DNA from: Balanoglossus misakiensis
Taxonomy: Eukaryota > Animalia > Hemichordata
Assembly (NCBI GenBank): GCA_040954595.2
Contig: CM082589.2
Location: 7,251,186-7,315,185 of the forward strand
Direction of reading: 5' to 3'
DNA length: 64,000 nucleotides
Shown piece after piece: positions 54,769 to 64,000 of this stretch. Position 1 is the stretch's first letter, and every line of letters begins with the position of its first letter. Below the pieces are notes generated by a model. That model was not told where the DNA came from, did no database searches, and worked only from the letters and a program-made list of their open reading frames with translations. Made by a program: the position numbers and the translations under genes.

Positions 54769-55120
54769 ATAGTAACCCCAGCCTTGTGTACGTGTCCCGG
54801 TTTTGCTTTTATGGTCAACTGACCTCAGGTCTACGTGCAATTCTGTACACCGGCGTAAGGCACGTGTTAGCTTCAATCACATTGGCCGCGGTTCAATTGT
54901 TATTTACATATAATGGTTATTCGCTTTATGTGCACGTCTTTGTCCTTGTCACCTGGCCTTGCACGAAATAAATAATGCGGAAGTAACAGTAATGTGTATA
55001 ACCCTATCTAGCTGACACGACACGAACAAATACTATTTCCACGACTGTTTGAGTTTATGTAAACTTTTAATTTTGTCACAGAACACGAACGAATATTGGT
55101 GAATACATTGCCACGACAAC

Positions 55121-57366
55121 ATGCGTCAATGCTCGCACTGTCTGGGAGAGTATTCGGCACAAGACAGACATGTTGTGTGTCCAAGATGCCGACAGTGCAC
55201 GGAAACTTGTGCGATATGTGGTCAAAACTCGCCCGGGCGGTGCCATCCACCAGAAGGTCCGGGGGCCAGTCCAGCACCGATCCCCTACTACGTCCCTGGA
55301 CTTGCCCCGGTACAACCCTGGCCGCAAGGTAAGATCATTTGTAAAAAGGCGTGTCCGTTCGGACGCTATAAATTTTCGCGAAATACGCGAGAGCCAAAAT
55401 AGCGTGAAAATAAAAAGTCGCGTAATTTTGTTTTGAATATAACGATGCAGTGAATGAAATAAGAGAACGTGAACATTAATACTCGCGAAACAGTAGCCTC
55501 TCTCGATATCGCGTACATTTCAACTCGCGAAAATAAAGTGTTTTACAGTATTTTTTCAGAAGTGAAAAAGACAACGAAAGATTTTGGTGTAACCCGTGAA
55601 CGTTGAACATCGTTGACCAGGCAGTGATCATGAGGTCGACCTGATAAATGGGACAGACAAAATGGCAAATATAATACAATGCAATGTGATGATATTGTAA
55701 TCGCTTTTTCTACCAGGTGCGACAAACATTTATAACATTACCGCGAATTGTGTTCAGATTGGTGACCAGGCTAAGATGGGATATCACACGACACCTTTTC
55801 CGACTTCAGACGATAGCAGACTCGAAGGGGGTAATGAGGGCGCCTGCGCGTCCACTCTCCAAAGCGACTGGTTGCCACGACAATCTGAGGAACGCGCCGG
55901 ACCATCCAAAGGGGCACGCCACCAAGACAGCGCCCCATACGGTGATGATCGAAGGGACCAAAGTCGCGGGGTCCCCCGATGTGGTTCAGGTATAGTACGT
56001 TGGCTGTATTTGCATGGCGGGACAGGGCAAAACGCGAAACTTGGTCTTAATTAACAGAGAAGTACGGTTATACAGTTTTGATATTTTAGGAAATTGGTCT
56101 TAGCTTCAGTAGTCAAAAACAACATATATAATTTGGCGGTCAGTTCTGCATATTTGTACATGTATTAATCTTTTCCATGCAAATAAATGTTGTACATTGT
56201 TTTCCAGAAGGCGACTCCTTTGGTGGGTTAATACAGATTGGGAATGATAATGAAATGCGCGTCGACAGTGGGGATGTTGTTTTGGACCCAGGGGAAGATA
56301 GTAGTGGATCGGACGACAGCAATGTATCAGAAGATGAACCGAGTGGGGAATTGCCCAGCGCAAGTACTGAATGTATGTATCTATGTAAGCCTAAATAGGC
56401 CTATGTACATGTAGGTCTATGTATCTAGACTAAATGTAAGCTAGAATCTCGTCACAAGTCCATGGGGCGTGAGAATTTCAGAAAATCGTTTCCATAACAA
56501 AATATCGTTCTCTCCATTTTGTCTCCGTAGCTGGACAAGCCACACCACAACAAAGTTTCGAACACAATGTTTTCTCGGCCATCGAAAACGACGACATTTA
56601 TCAGATGGCGGAAAACTTGAAGAAGGCAAATTATCTGGCCACGAGGGACGGTTTCACGTACTTGCACTACGTTGCTTTGCACAAAAGAAGGTTTATGGTT
56701 GCCCCTCTCTTCGCTTTGGGGAACTTCGGAAGGCTGGTGTGCGCTCGCGTCGGGTCCGAGTCGAACTATTCCGATTTCCACGGAATGACGGCTCGTGAAA
56801 TAGCCAAACAGATGAAACACGATGAGGTTTTGGAGAAAATTGAACGTCACGTAGAGTTTGAAAGGGGTATGACCGAACTCCACGTAGCAGCAAGAGACGG
56901 GGACGTCGAGAGAGTGAGGGCGCTATCTCAGCGAAACGATGAGCTTATTCACGCGAGAGGCTCGTTTGGCAACACTCCCTTGTACTGCGCTTGCGTCAGC
57001 GGCAAACTGGAGGCTGCCAAAGTCTTGATCTCGCAAGTTGCCGACATGGGATGCGCCAATCAGTGGGGCGACACAATTCTCCACCGCGCCGCAAGATGGG
57101 GACAGCACGAAGTCGTCAAGTACTTGTTGGAACGCCACGTCGTCCCCAGCGGTGTGTCCAACAAGGCGGGCACTACCCCTCTGCACATGGCTGTCCTCTA
57201 CGGCAGCGAAGAGGTGGTGAGATTACTTTTACGGCACGGAGCAGACCCCAAGGCTAAGAATCACCGATCACAAACACCACTTGACTACGCCAATGATACA
57301 GAAAGGTGTCCACGTTCTAGGCGTTCTGTTATTCTCCAAATATTAAAAAGTTGCCAAAATCGCTAA
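55121..57366 (+). CDS. Ankyrin-repeat protein with Cys-rich N-terminus and two RHIM-like motifs (paralog 2)
   Basis: Exons 55121-55328, 55717-55989, 56208-56372, 56531-57366 (all phase-1 introns) give 493 aa. Motifs NIYNITANCVQIGDQAKM and GLIQIGNDNEMRV. The ANK region is clearly homologous to paralog 1. Confidence 0.8.
55368..55550. mobile_element. MITE family B, 5'-truncated
   Basis: Internal family B sequence ending GTGTTTTACAGTA. Confidence 0.75.
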
Positions 57367-59233
57367 ATTGCATGGAGAGCCATTCGTGTCCCGTACAAAA
57401 AATTACCGTCCGATTTACAGTAGACACTTCCGTTTAAAGTCGGGTAAACCATGGTTTACCCGGGTAAATCAGGTTGACATAACCGTGCAATTAATGAATA
57501 ACGTCCATGACACGATAACTAACACAGGACGATTATAGCGTATGTTTCCGTCATCAATTGAATGTGCCAAAACCTCAGGCTGTAAAATTTAGAACTCCGT
57601 CCTTTAATTCGAGGCATTTATATCCCGCCGGGATTTTATATTACATTTATGCCACGTGTATCATTACATTTATGTAAATATTCGCTTGTGCAATCAACTA
57701 AATATCTGTAGGAGGAACTTGTACTCTATGTGTTTGTATTTAAATCTCACTACTAACTGAAAACTGCAGAATGAACATGCAGTGTACAACGCCCTCAACG
57801 TGCGCCTGAAGCTTCATTGGATCATGGAATTGGAAATGGACGTTTTGAAACGATGAAATCACTATTTCAGCAGTCAACAGTATCATCATCGACGCAAAAG
57901 TGACAGAGAGGAACTTTGATCACACGAAGATATAACACCTGGAACATCAGCATGAATAGAAATGCCGCAACCACCTGTTGATCCGGTATGACGTCACACA
58001 TTCTTTCCAGCTTTGACCAATCATTGTCTCTGACAAATCTAATTGTGGACATTGTACTTTACCTTGACTATATCAGCTAGGATACTAGAGAAACATAGCA
58101 AATACCCGTGGCGTGTCTCCTGATTTAGAGTAAAGAACGGCAAATCTACAATAATTTGAACACTCCATAAGCAGACAGTTAGAAAACGCACGTGCGTGGA
58201 ATTAACGCACGCCAGCCTTGCAACGATGCGTTCGATATCACCACCGAGATCTGTCTTTTCGCCGTGTCGGAATAACCACCTGGAGATAAAGGGTACAACT
58301 TAAAGATCGATTTTCGCTTAGGTGAGATGATATGTCAATCGACGCGCTGTTACATCAATTTAGGATCGATTATAATTTGTCAGTACCGGATTTAGTAGAA
58401 CGCTACACGCGACTGCAGTAAGTCGAGCCTGCTGTTCTTTGTGCCGTACAATTTCCTTTTCTTCGGCGATTTGTTCGCCCCATTGTTTTCGTGCTTCAAT
58501 GCCGCGGATTTACAACCCGCTAAATCAGCATTCGATACTTGTCATTTTCACCATCGATTTTTTCTTATTAAAGCATTTTTAATAACCATCACAGTATTAT
58601 CAGGTAATTTGAATTGCCTCCTAGGTTGCCTAGCAACGCACACTCGCATCATCACGGTTATTTTTCAGCGCGGGCAGACGTCGCCGCGGCCTTTCACTTC
58701 TGACGTGACGCCGACACTCGGACCATTGGAGTGACATATCTGCCGCCGCGATCAAGAAAACAAATATTTCAAGGAGTCTTAGTTCAAGCAGCTTCTTCCT
58801 CGAGGAGGAGGGTAGGCCTAGATACATCCTAGATCGGGTCATTTTTTTGGTGATGTCACGTTTTTAGGCACAGCCACGCGAGAAGCAGAGAGAAACCCGT
58901 CGATTTGACGTGTCGACAAGTGCCACTTATCGAGAATTCACAAACGCGTCGCGTAGTCGAAAGCTACAGGTACCGAGAAACAACTGTGATTGACTGTTTG
59001 AAGCCACTTAGGTCCACTCGGTGCTGTGTGTGTCGTGACGCGGCCGGCCAGGCAACGTAGTGAGGTCAGCAGCCGTAAACAGGGATTTCTAAAGACGCTG
59101 TGGTAAAGTCGAAGTACAGCGCCAACACACAAGCATATCCACATTGTACCTCGCAGTGTTAACAGCACGTAGTTCGTATACGTAGGCCTATACGTGAACG
59201 AACGTTAAGACGTAACGAGACGTAATCGCAATC

Positions 59234-62200
59234 ATGGCGGCCTGTTTTGTCAAGACGTTGTTGGTGATTATTAACTTCATTCTTTGGGTAAGTCAATTCG
59301 TGTGATTTTAGTCACTTTGAACTTTTGAGCAACGCACAGGTATGTGGGGGTGACAGTGTTACGTTTATAGCCTACGTGGTCCGTGATAAAGCCTTAAACA
59401 GGCTTCAATAACATGTTTTAGACTGGACGTGAAATCGACATCATAATGGATGTGTATGTCATCCAGTTGGTATTCGACAACTCCACGGTCAGGGCAGCCA
59501 AAACATCAAAAACGAATAAAAAGTAAATGAATGTTTTATCTGGGGTTGTTCTTGACCCACATTGAAAGTGGAAAAAAATCGCTCGAGTGTTTTGACTGGT
59601 GGTTTACTGCTGGTACATTGCTCCCCCCCCACCCCTCTCCAATACGCCTGGCCATAAATACTGACAAGATCAATAACATTCACTCGTAAAAGTCCCCGAA
59701 CATTGTCACATGCGAGGCCTATTAAAACACCAAATTGATCTCAGACAACTTCATTATTGAGGAAGACGTCAGAAAAATCGTTAAGAATTTGGCGATTACA
59801 GAAATACCTTTATAAAAATAAAATATATGTCATTTTAAATTATACCGTGTTGGTTCTTCAGATATAAAAAGCTATCGTGAAGGCCGACATTTTGATCAAA
59901 TTATGCAGAAATAAATCTCGATACGAAATGAGTGAAAGAGCTCAGCGATTACACTAATCCGGTTTTGATGGAAGTGGTGCGTACTGTTACTAGGTGCGTG
60001 ATCAAATATTGATGAGAAAATTTGGGTTACAGTGTAATGGTGACCGCAATCACGACTTGTCAAACCCCGTAAATAGACTATTGTTGTTGAGTGAGAGAGA
60101 CACGGTAGCCGAACAAACATAATTAGCCCGCGGAAAAAAACAGGAAGCAAACAATGGCAAGTTCATTTTCGTCATCCATACAGAGTCAGCTACACCGAGG
60201 GACACAAGAAACCCCGACCTTGTTCACATTGTGGATTTTCAAAGTAAACTGCTATCACCCGCAGTGGCTCACAAACACAATATGGCGGACGGATTCTGCG
60301 TAGGCAAGCTGAGACTACAGTACATACATCACGACAAGTCCTAAAATCTTTGCACGGTCTTGAACTTGCTCAAAGAAGCGGCGTATAATTCGCTTTCAAA
60401 ATCGTGAAACATAAAATTCATCGTAAAAGTCACGTGGTATCCATTGCTCAAAATGACCAATACGTCTGTGTCTTCCATTAAACAATCAAAAATATTTTGT
60501 ACAGAAAATGTTTTTGTGTTTTTGCCTGTTTGTGTGTTTTGTATGTTTGTATCAGATTTGAAACCTACTAGAGCTTTAAAAAAAACTTTTGTCGACATCT
60601 TTTCTGCGGCCAAAATGTTCCAGTCAAAATTCAACAAAACCCAGCGACAATGGACGACTTTAAGTATTTTCATTTACGTGCAGTCAGGCCGCTGGCAACA
60701 TACGACCAAAGCTCCTTTTTTCCTTTACACGCGGAGTCGAAGATTTCATTGACTGTTTCCATGAGATTTAAACCTTTCAGAAAGAGGTATTTAGTGACTT
60801 TATTATTTGCCTGGGGTTCTAAATCAACTCTGCGCAGCAAATGTACAGAAAAAAACAATGGATCCTTGTAGTCTAAGATTGTCCGTGTGGGTAACAAAAC
60901 TGTTTAAATTTAAAACTCAGATTAACAACTGAATTTCTTTTTCTGTATTCAATTTAACAAGTGAACATGGACTGAAAAAGTACCAAAAATTCTGTCGCGA
61001 GGTGATTATAGTTGAGGAAAATATTGGTCTGTTACAGACACAGTAAGGGCGCCATTGAAATCCTAAAAATGTCGAACCACATTGCAACTCCTTTGAAGCG
61101 ACACAAAATCGTGACGTCGACATCCAGCATCCGGGTATCAAAAGCCACTTCTACTTTCATTTCCTTGGTAACAAGATAAATGTTTGGGGTCAAGGATACC
61201 CCCTTCGAAGCATGACGGCATCACGAGAACCAAAATAAACATAGTAGTCAGCGAAACGCATAAACAGAGCATTTGAAATACGCATGGTGCCATTGTTCAT
61301 GTAAATTACGTTGGTGTATTTTATTAATAAGGCATATGGCCACCCCGTCGAATATATGATATGCAAATGTGGCAATCCTGACCATGCGTTGATTTGATTT
61401 GGTGACGTCACACAGGTCGACACTGCAGGGTCAAACGCACTTTGATTATCTTCATGCTATTCTTGGCCTCTGTAAAGCTTGATCGTGTGACCTTGTTGGT
61501 GTGCAAAAGCATGATTGCTTTTGTAGTACATGAGCTTGTCAATACTAGTACGCTTTAGCTGTTAAAAAATCATGAACATCGCGCAGAACGTAAACCGGAA
61601 AACTGCGCGCACCCGTCTTTTTCGAATAGGATTTCATTGATAATTGCTAGAAAACAAACTTCTACTATTGACATTTTCCCGAAATTTCACACAAAGCTTA
61701 GTCCAGTAAATATAAATTCATTGGTCAAATAAAATATAGCGGTCACCGCGCTCTATTTTGAGATAAATTGCGTTAAAAATTTGCCCATAGGCAAACCATT
61801 GGTGAAAAATGCTGAGTCAGCAGTTTTCTTCTCTTATCGACCAAATTCATGGCTCTGTATTTCAAAAACAAGCGTGGTGACCCCTATATTTTATTACGGA
61901 TTTTCATTATACATACAAAGGAGAATCCAAAAATCCACAATAAAAAAAAAAAGACAATACTTTCAATTTTACTGAACGTACATCCTTAATGCCGGTCACT
62001 CTTCTTGTTCTGTTTCCAGGCGATAGGCGGCGGGATGATCGGGGGCGCTGTTTATATTCTGGTGTCGGAACCCGGTTCTCTGCCGTACGTTGAGATGGAG
62101 CTCATTGCCAGCGCCAAGGTAAGTGGGTGGGTGGATTGGTGGTGGTGGTGAGGTCAAAGGTCAATCTAAACCTGAAAGGCAAAGCGCAGCCGAACCAGTT

Positions 62201-63956
62201 AATTTAACTGGTGTCATGGAATCATGAATAAACGCAACCAAATTAAACAAGGTTTTTTTTTCTAATCATGGATGTACTGATAGAGACACCCATACTCTTT
62301 CCTATATTTTCCCCATTAACCATTTACATAAAATCATTTTGCATCTTTTTTTTAGGCAGTGCTGTACATCTGCATAGCCCTGGGAGCTATCCTGTTCATC
62401 ATCGGTAAGCTTGACACATTTTGCTCAATCACCCTCAAAATAGTAACTTGCCGCATTCTGTTATATATTCTTTATTAATACAACATACAATCTCTTTTTA
62501 GGGTTTCTCGGATGTTGCGGAGCCCTGGCAGAAAGCAAGGCTATGCTGAAACTGGTAGGTAATATACTTTGAGGTAATACAATAGAAAGGGACTGTAATA
62601 TTTCCGAATCCTTGTTCTCACTGAATGGAAAAGCGTAATGTTGATGTGATTTACATCTCATTTACATAATTCTTTCCCACAATACATTTCTGTATCCTGT
62701 CCTGTGTTTACAGTACATGACCATACTAACCACACTTTTGATGGGGGAAATCGGCATTGCGGTCTATCTGTACTTCATGAAATCACAGGTAGGTCCATAA
62801 AGAGGCAGTGTGCCCAAATATATTATTACGCACTATTTTAGGAACTTTTTTTCCTGAGGGTGCGGTCCAAACATGCATTATGGTGCACGTGACAAGTCGG
62901 CCATTTTCGACAACACGAAGACCGTTTATGAAACGTCATATATTATGCATGTGTCGGTTCACTTCGTATGCTTATACGTTTTCAGTTCCTCAGCTACGTG
63001 CAGATCGGTTGGAATTACCTGGACCAGACGACAAAGGACCTCGTTCAGGACCAGGTAAATCATGTTGACGTCACTATCAATGTAGGGCATTTTTTTTACT
63101 GCCGTGCAATCGATTTTTATAACATTATGGTATGTTTAGTGGTCTCCCCCTTTTGCAGTTGTCGAGTTTCTCTAAGAGAAGTCTGAGATTTTCGTTTTAG
63201 TCAAGTATCCTAGCTTTCTGCATGAAATATGAAGTAACCACATGACACACTGTTCTGTGATCGTCATGACAACCCCCCCTCTCTCGTTCAAATATAGCTG
63301 AAATGCTGTGGCTTGCAGAACTACACAGAATATCAAAGCAACTGGAACAACACGTTTTCTTGTTATCAGAACATTTCAGACCCCAGTACGATGTATGAAG
63401 TAAGTAATTACACCAATTTTCAATACTCATTTGAAAGGACCCGGGCATGTGGTGGCGCTCTTTTTTCGCCTGTGCCACCCATTAAAAATATGTGATTGGC
63501 CAGATCTAAATTTGCCATGGTAACTCTATGGCTAAATTTGCCTAGGTGACCGTATGCCTTTAACATCGAGCCAGCTGTACGGTAGAATTGGGGCAGGGAA
63601 CCATACCCTGTACTGTGTTTTGTGCAAACGACATCCTGTGCTCTGAAATCACTATTATTTCCCCCAATTCCAGAACGGTTGCTACGACATGTTTGTGAGA
63701 TTTCTTCTCGACAATTTGACATACTCAGCAAGTATCGGCGGGTCGTTGGTCGGCTTAGAGGTGAGTGACGTCGTACAATATTTGACCATAGTCGATCAAA
63801 ATCACGACAAAAACCAGTTCTATAAGAGATACTTTATCGTCAACTTGAATAAAACAAAATTTATCGTATCGCCCTGTTTTTAGGTCGTCGGAATTCTCCT
63901 GTCGTGTTACGCAATGAAGGCTTTTGAGAAGGCCAGTAAAGTTGGACCGGGACAAA
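59234..63956 (+). CDS. Tetraspanin (last exon beyond the window)
   Basis: Exons 59234-59287, 62020-62118, 62356-62404, 62502-62554, 62714-62788, 62986-63054, 63298-63399, 63674-63760, 63884-63956. Motifs K.LL..INFILW, GFLGCCGALAES, LMGEIG, QDQLKCCG and GC before TM4. Confidence 0.9.
61579..61989. mobile_element. MITE family C, reverse orientation
   Basis: Reverse complement of 38025-38441; ends GTACATCCTTAA. Confidence 0.82.
63430..63563. mobile_element. MITE family D, partial
   Basis: GTGCCACCCA..GTGATTGGCCAGATCT..GGTGACCGTATGCCTTTAA. Confidence 0.6.
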
Positions 63957-64000
63957 GTAAGTTTTTCAGCGCCGAGGGCGCTACCTGACATTGTTTGCAT

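Noticed and set aside
57441-57462. 22-bp perfect palindrome CGGGTAAACCATGGTTTACCCG after paralog 2
   Set aside because: Too short to assign and probably a repeat remnant; prokaryote-style terminators are not applicable here.
62995-63012. YVQIGW in the tetraspanin as a RHIM
   Set aside because: It lies in an extracellular EC2 helix and lacks the downstream N-x-M pattern.

Overview
AT-rich, intron-rich animal genomic DNA. The gene set and repeat families suggest a marine invertebrate deuterostome, which is an inference. Eight protein-coding genes could be spliced by hand with consistent reading frames. In order: a divergent GABA-B-like class C GPCR (+, 5' part outside the window, one GC-AG intron), TMEM68 (-), CCM2 (+), ITGB1BP1/ICAP1 (-), TFIIS/TCEA (+, with a U12 AT-AC intron), two tandem paralogous ankyrin-repeat genes (+), and a tetraspanin (+, runs off the end). 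The two ankyrin genes carry RHIM-like (amyloid signalling) motifs on small phase-1 exons that the ORF track does not connect to the ankyrin ORFs. The first visible GPCR intron holds a 4.7-kb Academ-like transposon built from two inverted 5' halves. Many MITEs (TTAA, TA and 8-bp TSD types) and microsatellites are present. The most notable observations are the RHIM-ankyrin gene pair (candidate immune or cell-death signalling module), the tail-to-tail linkage of the two KRIT1-binding PTB genes CCM2 and ICAP1 with shared intron positions, and the foldback Academ element. No database searches were run; comparisons to human proteins are from memory.
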